DNA from: a bacterium
GTDB taxonomy: Bacteria > UBA8248 > JACPRG01 > G963555815
Direction of reading: 5' to 3'
DNA: 64,000 nucleotides
NCBI GenBank assembly: GCA_965261595.1
Contig: CBDHDG010000004.1
Span: forward strand, 448,001 to 512,000
The position numbers and the translations under genes are program-made. The notes below the pieces were generated by a model that saw nothing but the letters and a program-made list of their open reading frames with translations, searched no databases and had not been told where the DNA came from. This document shows positions 40,983-51,260 of this stretch, one piece after another; positions within the stretch are counted from its first letter, which is position 1, and every line of letters starts with the position of its first letter.

Positions 40983-41124
40983 TCTATATTGTTACAAGTG
41001 GAATTCATCGAAAATTCATTCATCTAACCCTCTGGGAGACCCTTGGCGTCTCCCCAATAAGTTGCGGACTCATACGTTGCTCATCCGAATCAAGACAGAT
41101 ACAAAAAATGGCGCGGTCGAAGTT

Positions 41125-42210
41125 GTGACCGACACAACAGGCAACGAGACTGAACCCGAGGGCCTCACGCTTTCAATCAGCGACGCCGTCCACGCCAATG
41201 GCACCTCCGCGCCGAAAGAAACGGCATCGGCCCCAATCTCTCTGGTTCAGGATCCCCCAAAGAGGAAAGCCGCCGAAATCCCGCCTGAAGAGTGCGAGGC
41301 CGCGTCGGAGGGGGCCGGCCAACTTTATGAGCGCATTCAGGATTTACTGGTGGGCCTGCTGAGGGAGATAGCGGCCAAGAAGAAGCTTCGGCTGAATTCC
41401 CTTCTCCAGCCGATAGAACAAATGGCGGGCCGGGAGGAGAACCTCGAAGCCCTTTACAGCCTGTCACTGCAAAACCGCGACTATGACAACGCCCTGTCGG
41501 CCCATCTTCTTCACGTGGCCACGTATGCCCTGAAGATTGGAAAGGCCCTGGGGTGCGATTCCGAACAATTAAAGCGTCTGGCGCTGGCGGGACTGCTGCA
41601 CGATGTGGGGATGTGCCTGACGCCGAAGGAAATTCGTCACAAGGAGGCCCCGCTCACATCGCGGGAGATGGAAATCATTCGGCGGCACACTGAATACGGA
41701 AGCCGGATCATTCAGGCCCATCTGGGAGACAAGTTCGGATGGCTGACGCGGGTGATTTCCCAAGAGCACGAGCGCGCGAACGGCAACGGCTACCCCAAGG
41801 GTCTTTATGGCGATGAGATTGATGAGATGGCCATGATCATCGCCGTCTCCGATGTCTACGAAGCCCTCACAAGCCAACGCCCTTATCGGCCTCCCCTGCG
41901 GCCCAATAAAGCCATGAATGACATCATGGTCAAACAGAAGGGGGGATTTCCCCACCGGATTCTCAAAGTCCTGCTCTATCAGTTCCCTCACTACCCGCTT
42001 CATTCTTTGGTGCGCCTCAACACAAACGAAATCGCCCGGGTGGTCGAGATCGATGAAGAGAAGCCCCTGCGTCCGACGGTGAGCATTCTGCACGGACTAA
42101 ACGGAAACGGACATCACACCCGAGACAACGGGCTCCTCCCCCTGATGGACAACCCGCTGATTTATATTGTCGATTCCGTCGATCAGGACCGCTTGGCCAA
42201 GGCCGAGTAG
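41125..42210 (+). CDS. HD-GYP domain cyclic di-nucleotide phosphodiesterase
   Basis: LLHDVG, HERANGNGYPKGL, DVYEAL..RPYR; start uncertain. Confidence 0.88.
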   Translation: MTDTTGNETEPEGLTLSISDAVHANGTSAPKETASAPISLVQDPPKRKAAEIPPEECEAASEGAGQLYERIQDLLVGLLREIAAKKKLRLNSLLQPIEQMAGREENLEALYSLSLQNRDYDNALSAHLLHVATYALKIGKALGCDSEQLKRLALAGLLHDVGMCLTPKEIRHKEAPLTSREMEIIRRHTEYGSRIIQAHLGDKFGWLTRVISQEHERANGNGYPKGLYGDEIDEMAMIIAVSDVYEALTSQRPYRPPLRPNKAMNDIMVKQKGGFPHRILKVLLYQFPHYPLHSLVRLNTNEIARVVEIDEEKPLRPTVSILHGLNGNGHHTRDNGLLPLMDNPLIYIVDSVDQDRLAKAE

Positions 42211-42364
42211 ACGTTCCCCGGTTCACTGCCCCCCCCCCACGCAAAGATAACCATCAGCGAATCAAATTCGCTCCGGCAGGGGGCGATGCCCAATGAAGGG
42301 CGCCAGTGGCGCCCTCCTCTGAGGAGTTTGCAGAATTTGTGAGGTAATTTTTTTGAGACACACA

Positions 42365-43036
42365 CTAAGACGGGTTGGCGGCCTCACGAGCGGTCTGGGC
42401 CGCGTTCTGAATATGCCGGGACATCAAACGACAGGCCTCTTCCGCGTCACGGCGCTGGATGGCGTCAAGGATCTTGAGGTGATCATCAAACGGCCGAGCC
42501 GAGCTCGGCTGAGGGCGCTCAAAGCCCATCGAGTTGCAAAGATGAAGCTGCGACTCAAGGGTCGCCCATATCTGGGAAAGCCGGCTGTGCCGCGCAAGTT
42601 TGAACAGCCGGCTGTGGAATTCCATGTTCACGATGACAACCTTCTCGGCCTGCCCGGACTCCGAAGCGGCTTGAAAGCGGCGGACGCCATCCACGAGCTC
42701 TGTAATTTCTTCATCCTCCGCCAGTTTCACAATCCGCTGGACCGCAAGCACCTCCAACGCCTCGCGCAGGCTGTAGATTTCCTCGACATCCGCCACGGCC
42801 GGTTCGACGACGAAAGTTCCGCGGTGGACATTAATCACCACAAGACCCTCCGCGGCCAAAAGCCGGAGGGCTTCCCGAATCGGACCCCGACTAACACCCA
42901 ACTGCTCGGCCAACTCGGTCTCAACCAAACGCTGGCCCAAATCGAACGCACCTTCCAGAATCGCCGCCCGAATGGATCCGACGACGTTTTCCGAAAGAAG
43001 ACTTTTCCGGAGGGGTTGCAAGCTTGCGATGGCCAT
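42365..43036 (-). CDS. GntR-family regulator (FCD domain)
   Basis: LVETELAEQLGVSRGPIREAL HTH; NMEFH..DH..H FCD domain. Confidence 0.93.
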   Translation of the reverse strand: MAIASLQPLRKSLLSENVVGSIRAAILEGAFDLGQRLVETELAEQLGVSRGPIREALRLLAAEGLVVINVHRGTFVVEPAVADVEEIYSLREALEVLAVQRIVKLAEDEEITELVDGVRRFQAASESGQAEKVVIVNMEFHSRLFKLARHSRLSQIWATLESQLHLCNSMGFERPQPSSARPFDDHLKILDAIQRRDAEEACRLMSRHIQNAAQTAREAANPS

Positions 43037-43084
43037 AATAGATATTCCTTAGAACTAGGGGGTAATTTGTATTTCGATAACTGT

Positions 43085-43112
43085 ACATTACAGCTTTGTA
43101 TTCAAGTGTCAA
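43085..43112 (-). promoter_or_regulatory. Putative gntR promoter
   Basis: Minus-strand TTGACA-N16-TAATGT in an AT-rich leader. Confidence 0.4.
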
Positions 43113-43175
43113 GAGTTTTTGTGCGACAGTGGACCGCCCCTGGGTTATTGGACACTCGGGTGAGGGTATTCGACC

Positions 43176-44084
43176 TCATGCGGCCTCCGCAACTTGAGCG
43201 AGTTTTTCCTGCCTTGCCTGGGCCGGCGTTCGGTAGCCGTAGCCCTCGAGAATCCAATGATGGTTGTACAGGTTCTTGAACTCAAGCAGCGCCCACCGCA
43301 GTTCCTCTACGGTGGCGAAAGAGCGCACCCACAGGAGATTCTCCTTCAAGATGCGGATAAACCACTCACAGTAGCCATTTCCCTCGGGCGCCCGCACGAA
43401 GCTGGGCGAACTGGTCATGCCCAGGTAGGCGATCTCCCGCTGAAAGTCATCGGACAGATAGGCGGGGCCGTGGTCGTGACGAACTTTAAGCCCCTCGGCG
43501 ACGTCCGCCTCCAAGCCGGCGAAGCGCTCGGCGACCCCCTGCCGGATCGGCTCCAGGGCCTCGAAGCGGTTGCCGCTCTTGGCCGCATGGATCCCCACGC
43601 AGTCCACCGAGCAGTGATCCACCGCCACGAACACCGAGGCCACCCCCTCCTCGGTGGTCACCGTCGTCGTCATGTCCGTGCCCCACATTCGGTCGGGCCG
43701 CTCGGTGCGGATGGTCCCGTTGTGGGCCTTGGGACCTCGGGGTTTGCCCACCCGGTGGGGGGCCTGAAGCCCCGCCTCCCGCATCAGGCGACGCATCCGC
43801 TCCTTGCTGGTGCGGATGCCCGCGAAGCGCAGCCTCGCCCACACCTTGCGGTAGCCCTCGCCATGGAAGGGAGAGTCCTCCAGGACCTGCCGGATGTGGC
43901 CGAGGAGTTCCGCATCGGTGCACGGGCCCACAGGGCCGCGCTTATTGGGCGTGGGGCGTTCATGAACGGGGACCGCCTCTCGCCGCCGTTGCGCGTAGAC
44001 CGTGGAGCGCGCCAAGCCCCAAAGGGCGCACACCCGCTTCAGGCCGTAGGCTCTGCCCGTGGAGGTGAAGCGGGCCTGACTCAT
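43176..44084 (-). CDS. IS3-family OrfB transposase
   Basis: Near-identical to 33708-34616. Confidence 0.9.
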   Translation of the reverse strand: MSQARFTSTGRAYGLKRVCALWGLARSTVYAQRRREAVPVHERPTPNKRGPVGPCTDAELLGHIRQVLEDSPFHGEGYRKVWARLRFAGIRTSKERMRRLMREAGLQAPHRVGKPRGPKAHNGTIRTERPDRMWGTDMTTTVTTEEGVASVFVAVDHCSVDCVGIHAAKSGNRFEALEPIRQGVAERFAGLEADVAEGLKVRHDHGPAYLSDDFQREIAYLGMTSSPSFVRAPEGNGYCEWFIRILKENLLWVRSFATVEELRWALLEFKNLYNHHWILEGYGYRTPAQARQEKLAQVAEAA

Positions 44085-44467
44085 CGCCTCCACCTCCTGC
44101 CGGCTAAAGGGCGGCCGGCCTCCAGGCGGTCGATCTTCTCCCGCAGGACCTCGCCCTCCATCGTGAGTTCGCCCACCTTGGCCTTGAGCCGGGCGTTCTC
44201 CTCGTCCCGCTCATCCGCCGGGCGGGCTTTGAGCGCCGCCTCGCCCCCGCGAAGGAACGCCTCGCGCCAGGCGGAAAGCCGAACCGCTGTCGTGCCCAAC
44301 TCGCGGCAGAGCGTCTCCAGGCTCTCGCCCCGCAAAAGACGCAGGACCGCCTCCCGCTTGCGCTGGCAGGAGAACCGACCCCGCTCACTGCGATGCCCTG
44401 GGGCCTTGGCTCCGTTCGCCCTGCGGGCGCCCTCCGCCAAAGCCCCCTCTTGCTTTTGTTCGTTCAT
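44081..44467 (-). CDS. IS3-family OrfA
   Basis: Near-identical to 33325-33711. Confidence 0.85.
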   Translation of the reverse strand: MNEQKQEGALAEGARRANGAKAPGHRSERGRFSCQRKREAVLRLLRGESLETLCRELGTTAVRLSAWREAFLRGGEAALKARPADERDEENARLKAKVGELTMEGEVLREKIDRLEAGRPLAGRRWRR

Positions 44468-44687
44468 CGCGACACCCCTTTCTCCATGAATCATGGATCA
44501 ATCGAGTGTCCAACAAAACCCTAGAGCGGGGGAACAGATTAAAATATTTTCTCAAAAATTCGTACGTCTGACAAGCCCTTTACGTACGGAGAAGGTGGTC
44601 ATGGGTGAAGAGTCTCCCGCCTGGGGCACAAAAATCTTAGCGGAAATTCAGCCTCACTCATTAACACACCTTGAAAAGCGGTTCTCT

Positions 44688-45455
44688 CTATTTTCCTGCC
44701 AGGGGGTCGGGGAAAACGGCGATGATGGCGCCGAGACGATGACGGAACGTGACGCCTGACACCACAGGCCGGGACGGCTGGGGAGCGCCGAGGCGAAAGG
44801 TCAAGGGGAAAACACGGCTTTTGCTTTGCAGGCCCTTTCCATCCATGACCGTCACGGTCAGCGTCATCCGCAGACCGTCGAACCGCCCCGGATGCCGAAG
44901 AACATCCGGTCCGCCTGTGTCGAGCTCCAGATATCCCGCCAACTTGCTAATCTCGTCCTTTTTGAATCTTTCCTGCCCCTCCTTCGGCGCCTTCCTGGGC
45001 AAGGCCAAGCGGATTTCTCCGCGCGAGGAGCCCCCGGGGCCTTCCTGATGAAGCTCCCATTCCAGGGTTTTCAGGTTTTCATCCTCATCCTCCAGAACGA
45101 GGTAGAGATCCCAGATCTCCCCCGGCGCCAGGAACCTCGCAGCCTGTGCGAATGATATCCTCGGCGCCGGATTCGGTCGTTTAATGGAACGGCCTGTCGA
45201 CAGTCCCCGGTCCGCCCCTTTTCCGGACGCCTTGCCCTGGGGCCGTGCGTCATCCAGGGGTAGGTTCTTTGGCTTGAGAAAATCGGGAAGCTGAGCGAAC
45301 GCCCTCCCGGCTGTTCCGGCCATCGGGAGCGCGGTGAGAAGCGCCGCGACAAAAATGGCTGTTCCGAGGATCCGGGATCGGGGGGGACATCGTATCAGTC
45401 GCACTCCCTCATCCCCTTTCGCCCTCTTGGTTCGGCCGCGGATTCGTCGAGACAA
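44688..45455 (-). CDS. Hypothetical exported protein
   Basis: Signal-peptide-like ILGTAIFVAALLTALPMAG..AFA followed by a beta-rich soluble region. Confidence 0.55.
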   Translation of the reverse strand: MSRRIRGRTKRAKGDEGVRLIRCPPRSRILGTAIFVAALLTALPMAGTAGRAFAQLPDFLKPKNLPLDDARPQGKASGKGADRGLSTGRSIKRPNPAPRISFAQAARFLAPGEIWDLYLVLEDEDENLKTLEWELHQEGPGGSSRGEIRLALPRKAPKEGQERFKKDEISKLAGYLELDTGGPDVLRHPGRFDGLRMTLTVTVMDGKGLQSKSRVFPLTFRLGAPQPSRPVVSGVTFRHRLGAIIAVFPDPLAGK

Positions 45456-45671
45456 TCACAAATTATATCCGTCTTCGATGCCCGCGCCACGAAACCTGAG
45501 ACCGGGTTTTTCACCTTCCGGCGCGCCCGGTCCCGTTTGGCCGCATGTTTCCATCTCCGTGCCGCCCCTAAAATATCAATCCCCGAAGACACGCCCCGTC
45601 CTCCCCCTCTACTCCCTGAATCCGGATTGCATTACAATCGCTTCTTTCCCGGAGGCGGCAGCCGTGATTCA

Positions 45672-46409
45672 ATGACCACGAACCGGAGTGCGAAATTGGA
45701 CGAAGAACCGAAGATCACCATCGTCATCCCGGCTCTGAATGAAGAGCTGAACATCGAGAAATCGCTCACCACGCTCGAAGAGAAGCTTCTCACTCCCCAC
45801 CTGGTGATTGTGGTCAACGACAGCTCGGACGACCGGACGGCGGAGATCGTAGAGAGGATTTCCGGCGACCGTCCGAACATCCGCCTGGTCAACAGCTCCC
45901 GGCCGCGCGGGATCACCAACGCCCTCAAATCCGGTTTTGAAAACGTCTCCACTCCGGTCACCGTGGTGATGATGGCCGACCTTTGCGACGACCCGGAAAC
46001 CGTGCCTCGGATGTACGCAAAGCTCGAAGAAGGATACGATCTCGTCTGCGCTTCCCGCTATATGCCCGAAGGCAGGCGCCTGGGCGGCCCCGCGCTTCAA
46101 GGATTCTTCTCGCGGCACGTCTGTTCAAGCCTGAGAAAGCTCACCGGCATCCAGACCCACGATGTCAGCAACGCCTTCAAGATGTACCGGACGGAGATCC
46201 TGCGGACGACACCGCTGGAGGAGGCGGGGTTCGCCTCATCGCTGGAAATCTGTGTCAAGGCGTTCCTCAAAGGCTACCGCATCACGGAAGTTCCCACCAT
46301 CTGGAAAGGCCGGACGGCTGGGACTTCCAGCTTCAAAATGCTGAAAGTCGCCCGAAGCTACTTCCGGTGGTACCTGTGGGCCATCCTGCTGCGGAACCAC
46401 AGGTTCTGA
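45672..46409 (+). CDS. GT2 glycosyltransferase (dolichol-phosphate mannosyltransferase-like)
   Basis: IVIPALNEE, VNDSSDD.T, MADLCDDP, ASRY, D..NAFK. Confidence 0.9.
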   Translation: MTTNRSAKLDEEPKITIVIPALNEELNIEKSLTTLEEKLLTPHLVIVVNDSSDDRTAEIVERISGDRPNIRLVNSSRPRGITNALKSGFENVSTPVTVVMMADLCDDPETVPRMYAKLEEGYDLVCASRYMPEGRRLGGPALQGFFSRHVCSSLRKLTGIQTHDVSNAFKMYRTEILRTTPLEEAGFASSLEICVKAFLKGYRITEVPTIWKGRTAGTSSFKMLKVARSYFRWYLWAILLRNHRF

Positions 46410-46711
46410 GCCATGAGACCCGCCGCCGGCCCAATTGAACCGCACCCGCGGCCGCTATCCGCCGCTCCTTGCTCCCTGCGGATTCTTGCGATCGCCGTTG
46501 CGTTTCTGTTTTTGGGGGTCGCCTATCAGTGGGGGGCCGGCGCGACAGACCGCATGGCCGGGAAACGGGCGATCGGCCTGGTAAAGGAACGGTTGAACAC
46601 CAACCTCACCGAGGGCGCCGCCAACACGGACGCCCGCTCTTACGACTGGCTCGCCCGAAAAGCCGCGCCCGATTTGTATCACGTCAAACAAAAGGGGATT
46701 ACAAAGAAGGG

Positions 46712-46740
46712 TTGACATTACCAGGCTGACTCCCTATATT
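46712..46740 (+). promoter_or_regulatory. IS1595 transposase promoter with its -35 box inside the TIR
   Basis: TTGACA-N17-TATATT. Confidence 0.65.
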
Positions 46741-46765
46741 CAGAGTGTCGGAAGGGAGAGTGGAA

Positions 46766-47736
46766 ATGGCGAAGAAAGCACCCGGAAAAGCCCATCGCGA
46801 AGGACTCACCTTCATTAGAGTTGATGGACATGTTCCCGACCGAGAAAGCCGCCACGGCGTAGTTCGAATCGGTAATCTGGCCGGACGGTCGCCACTGCCC
46901 CAAGTGCGGATCGCTCCGCACCAGCGAGGCCAGTCACGCGAAAATGCCCTATTGGTGCACGGACTGCCGATCCTATTTCAGCGTCAAGACGGGCACGGCC
47001 ATGCAGCGGTCGAAAATCCCGCTGCGGAAGTGGTCGATCGCGATCTACATTTGCCTGACCTCGCTCAAGATCGGTTTCGTCCATGAGGCTGCAGCGAGAC
47101 ATTGGCGTTTCGCAGCCCACGGCTTGGTTCATGCTTCACCGTATCCGGGAAGCATGGGGCGGGGATGGCGAAGGCCCGTTTGACGGCCCGGTCGAGTTCG
47201 ACGAAACCTATGTCGGCGGGAAGCGCCAGAACATGTCGAACGCGAAGCGCAAGGCGACGACGGGGCGCGGACCGGTGGACATGGTGGCGGTCGTGGGCGC
47301 GAAGGACCGGGCGACGAACAAGGTCAACGCCCGCGTGATCGAGAGCACCGACAAGGCCACGCTGCAAGATTTCGTGGCCGAGAACGCCGAGCCGGACGCG
47401 GTGGTCTACACCGATGACGCCGCTGCCTACGAGGGCATCCCGAACCCGCACGAAAGCATTAAGCACTCGGTCTCCGAATACGTCAACGGCATGGCGCACA
47501 CCAACGGGATCGAGTCCTTCTGGTCGATGCTCAAGCGCGCCCACAAGGGCACCTTCCACAAGATCAGCCCGAAGCACCTGCAACGCTACGTCTCCGAATT
47601 CGCCGGCAAGCACAACGTCCGCGAGTCGGGAACGCTTGCGCAGATGAGGAATACTGTTGCCCGGCTCGTCGGGCGCAACCTCCTCTACCGCGACCTCATC
47701 GCGGACAACGGGCTTTCGTCGAGTTCCGGGGCGTAA
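46766..47736 (+). pseudogene. IS1595 transposase (Zn ribbon plus DDE), disrupted
   Basis: CPKC..WCTDC, EFDETY, YTDD, HTNGIESFW; frameshifts near 46815 and 47070, and TAG at 46860-46862. Confidence 0.92.
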
Positions 47737-47915
47737 AGGCTCCGTGCGGCCGAACAGCGCCTTGGCCAGCTTCTCTGGTGTCGCGCCTACAAGGTTCCAC
47801 CTTCGGATCGAGCTTGGGACGGTAATTCATCTCACATTACTCCTGGAACAAGATGGGATAGAGCGCCATTGGACCGCCCCTGGGTTATTGGACACTCGGG
47901 TGAGGGTATTCGACC

Positions 47916-48824
47916 TCATGCGGCCTCCGCAACTTGAGCGAGTTTTTCCTGCCTTGCCTGGGCCGGCGTTCGGTAGCCGTAGCCCTCGAGAATCCAATGA
48001 TGGTTGTACAGGTTCTTGAACTCAAGCAGCGCCCACCGCAGTTCCTCTACGGTGGCGAAAGAGCGCACCCACAGGAGATTCTCCTTCAAGATGCGGATAA
48101 ACCACTCACAGTAGCCATTTCCCTCGGGCGCCCGCACGAAGCTGGGCGAACTGGTCATGCCCAGGTAGGCGATCTCCCGCTGAAAGTCATCGGACAGATA
48201 GGCGGGGCCGTGGTCGTGACGAACTTTAAGCCCCTCGGCGACGTCCGCCTCCAAGCCGGCGAAGCGCTCGGCGACCCCCTGCCGGATCGGCTCCAGGGCC
48301 TCGAAGCGGTTGCCGCTCTTGGCCGCATGGATCCCCACGCAGTCCACCGAGCAGTGATCCACCGCCACGAACACCGAGGCCATCCCCTCCTCGGTGGTCA
48401 CCGTCGTCGTCATGTCCGTGCCCCACATTCGGTCGGGCCGCTCGGTGCGGATGGTCCCGTTGTGGGCCTTGGGACCTCGGGGTTTGCCCACCCGGTGGGG
48501 GGCCTGAAGCCCCGCCTCCCGCATCAGGCGACGCACCCGCTCCTTGCTGGTGCGGATGCCCGCGAAGCGCAGCCTCGCCCACACCTTGCGGTAGCCCTCG
48601 CCATGGAAGGGAGAGTCCTCCAGGACCTGCCGGATGTGGCCGAGGAGTTCCGCATCGGTGCACGGGCCCACAGGGCCGCGCTTATTGGGCGTGGGGCGTT
48701 CATGAACGGGGACCGCCTCTCGCCGCCGTTGCGCGTAGACCGTGGAGCGCGCCAAGCCCCAAAGGGCGCACACCCGCTTCAGGCCGTAGGCTCTGCCCGT
48801 GGAGGTGAAGCGGGCCTGACTCAT
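47916..48824 (-). CDS. IS3-family OrfB transposase
   Basis: Same protein as copy 1. Confidence 0.9.
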   Translation of the reverse strand: MSQARFTSTGRAYGLKRVCALWGLARSTVYAQRRREAVPVHERPTPNKRGPVGPCTDAELLGHIRQVLEDSPFHGEGYRKVWARLRFAGIRTSKERVRRLMREAGLQAPHRVGKPRGPKAHNGTIRTERPDRMWGTDMTTTVTTEEGMASVFVAVDHCSVDCVGIHAAKSGNRFEALEPIRQGVAERFAGLEADVAEGLKVRHDHGPAYLSDDFQREIAYLGMTSSPSFVRAPEGNGYCEWFIRILKENLLWVRSFATVEELRWALLEFKNLYNHHWILEGYGYRTPAQARQEKLAQVAEAA

Positions 48825-49207
48825 CGCCTCCACCTCCTGCCGGCTAAAGGGCGGCCGGCCTCCAGGCGGTCGATCTTCTCCCGCAGGACCTCGCCCTCCA
48901 TCGTGAGTTCGCCCACCTTGGCCTTGAGCCGGGCGTTCTCCTCGTCCCGCTCATCCGCCGGGCGGGCTTTGAGCGCCGCCTCGCCCCCGCGAAGGAACGC
49001 CTCGCGCCAGGCGGAAAGCCGAGCCGCTGTCGTGCCCAACTCGCGGCAGAGCGTCTCCAGGCTCTCGCCCCGCAAAAGACGCAGGACCGCCTCCCGCTTG
49101 CGCTGGCAGGAGAACCGACCCCGCTCACTGCGATGCCCTGGGGCCTTGGCTCCGTTCGCCCTGCGGGCGCCCTCCGCCAAAGCCCCCTCTTGCTTTTGTT
49201 CGTTCAT
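48821..49207 (-). CDS. IS3-family OrfA
   Basis: Same protein as copy 1. Confidence 0.85.
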   Translation of the reverse strand: MNEQKQEGALAEGARRANGAKAPGHRSERGRFSCQRKREAVLRLLRGESLETLCRELGTTAARLSAWREAFLRGGEAALKARPADERDEENARLKAKVGELTMEGEVLREKIDRLEAGRPLAGRRWRR

Positions 49208-49968
49208 CGCGACACCCCTTTCTCCATGAATCATGGATCAATCGAGTGTCCAACAAAACCCTAGAGCGGGGGACCATCTGGCTGATTTCCCAGACCTCGA
49301 ACGATCCCTCGCCATCTCTCTTGTACAGCTTGTATGTACGGGCGGCGGTGTTCCATCGCGGAGATACAAAGAAAGCCTGGACGCCCCCATTCACTTCGAT
49401 TGAGTGGTTTGTCAATCGGAATGAAACACACATATCGCCCTCCGTTCGAGTTGAATTCGAATCTCCGCGCGCCACGCTGGCCGTCCTCCATCCCGTTGAA
49501 ATCTGCAACATCGCGCTCAACGATCTGCCGGAGTGCTACGAACTTCAACTCCAAACGACACTCCGCCCTGAGTTGCACCCAACGCGGCGGTTCTTTGTGA
49601 AAGATGCTGTCTACTTCGTTTGCCATGCTATGTTCTCCACCTTTTCATCGCTTTGCCCTTATCGCATCATGGTCTTGATACGCCTTCTCGCCGATCCAAT
49701 CCTCTAAATACTTCCTGTAATAGAGGCCATTGCGCTTCCCCCATGAGTACTCGTCGTTGTAGGTCTTGAGAAGGTGGCGCGCTATCTCACTCGCTCGAAT
49801 CGACGCCCCTGTTTTGGAGGCGTTGGGTCCTTGACGCCGCAATAGGGCCTCACCAAACGTCATAGTTTCGTTCGGCAAGCGTAATCGCACCAGTGAGGAG
49901 GCGATAAGCAATTTGATGGCGCTGGACCGCCCCTGGGTTATTGGACACTCGGGTGAGGGTATTCGACC

Positions 49969-50877
49969 TCATGCGGCCTCCGCAACTTGAGCGAGTTTTT
50001 CCTGCCTTGCCTGGGCCGGCGTTCGGTAGCCGTAGCCCTCGAGAATCCAATGATGGTTGTACAGGTTCTTGAACTCAAGCAGCGCCCACCGCAGTTCCTC
50101 TACGGTGGCGAAAGAGCGCACCCACAGGAGATTCTCCTTCAAGATGCGGATAAACCACTCACAGTAGCCATTTCCCTCGGGCGCCCGCACGAAGCTGGGC
50201 GAACTGGTCATGCCCAGGTAGGCGATCTCCCGCTGAAAGTCATCGGACAGATAGGCGGGGCCGTGGTCGTGACGAACTTTAAGCCCCTCGGCGACGTCCG
50301 CCTCCAAGCCGGCGAAGCGCTCGGCGACCCCCTGCCGGATCGGCTCCAGGGCCTCGAAGCGGTTGCCGCTCTTGGCCGCATGGATCCCCACGCAGTCCAC
50401 CGAGCAGTGATCCACCGCCACGAACACCGAGGCCACCCCCTCCTCGGTGGTCACCGTCGTCGTCATGTCCGTGCCCCACATTCGGTCGGGCCGCTCGGTG
50501 CGGATGGTCCCGTTGTGGGCCTTGGGACCTCGGGGTTTGCCCACCCGGTGGGGGGCCTGAAGCCCCGCCTCCCGCATCAGGCGACGCACCCGCTCCTTGC
50601 TGGTGCGGATGCCCGCGAAGCGCAGCCTCGCCCACACCTTGCGGTAGCCCTCGCCATGGAAGGGAGAGTCCTCCAGGACCTGCCGGATGTGGCCGAGGAG
50701 TTCCGCATCGGTGCACGGGCCCACAGGGCCGCGCTTATTGGGCGTGGGGCGTTCATGAACGGGGACCGCCTCTCGCCGCCGTTGCGCGTAGACCGTGGAG
50801 CGCGCCAAGCCCCAAAGGGCGCACACCCGCTTCAGGCCGTAGGCTCTGCCCGTGGAGGTGAAGCGGGCCTGACTCAT
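49969..50877 (-). CDS. IS3-family OrfB transposase
   Basis: Near-identical to the other copies. Confidence 0.9.
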   Translation of the reverse strand: MSQARFTSTGRAYGLKRVCALWGLARSTVYAQRRREAVPVHERPTPNKRGPVGPCTDAELLGHIRQVLEDSPFHGEGYRKVWARLRFAGIRTSKERVRRLMREAGLQAPHRVGKPRGPKAHNGTIRTERPDRMWGTDMTTTVTTEEGVASVFVAVDHCSVDCVGIHAAKSGNRFEALEPIRQGVAERFAGLEADVAEGLKVRHDHGPAYLSDDFQREIAYLGMTSSPSFVRAPEGNGYCEWFIRILKENLLWVRSFATVEELRWALLEFKNLYNHHWILEGYGYRTPAQARQEKLAQVAEAA

Positions 50878-51260
50878 CGCCTCCACCTCCTGCCGGCTAA
50901 AGGGCGGCCGGCCTCCAGGCGGTCGATCTTCTCCCGCAGGACCTCGCCCTCCATCGTGAGTTCGCCCACCTTGGCCTTGAGCCGGGCGTTCTCCTCGGCC
51001 CGCTCATCCGCCGGGCGGGCTTTGAGCGCCGCCTCGCCCCCGCGAAGGAACGCCTCGCGCCAGGCGGAAAGCCGAGCCGCTGTCGTGCCCAACTCGCGGC
51101 AGAGCGTCTCCAGGCTCTCGCCCCGCAAAAGACGCAGGACCGCCTCCCGCTTGCGCTGGCAGGAGAACCGACCCCGCTCACTGCGATGCCCTGGGGCCTT
51201 GGCTCCGTTCGCCCTGCGGGCGCCCTCCGCCAAAGCCCCCTCTTGCTTTTGTTCGTTCAT
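50874..51260 (-). CDS. IS3-family OrfA
   Basis: Near-identical to the other copies (D to A in DERAEE). Confidence 0.85.
   Translation of the reverse strand: MNEQKQEGALAEGARRANGAKAPGHRSERGRFSCQRKREAVLRLLRGESLETLCRELGTTAARLSAWREAFLRGGEAALKARPADERAEENARLKAKVGELTMEGEVLREKIDRLEAGRPLAGRRWRR

Larger units (their letters stand above)
43130..44533 (-). mobile_element. IS3-family element, copy 2 (1404 bp), TSD ACAG
   Basis: ACAG at 43126-43129 and 44534-44537. Confidence 0.95.
47870..49273 (-). mobile_element. IS3-family element, copy 3 (1404 bp), TSD CCAT
   Basis: CCAT at 47866-47869 and 49274-49277. Confidence 0.95.
47837..49626 (-). pseudogene. IS1595 passenger gene 2 (~126 aa hypothetical), split by IS3 copy 3 and one frameshift
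   Basis: N-part MANEVDS..RWVQLRAECRLELKFVAL..; C-part ..SFEVWEISQM|ALYPILFQE* joins in frame across the CCAT TSD. Confidence 0.55.
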
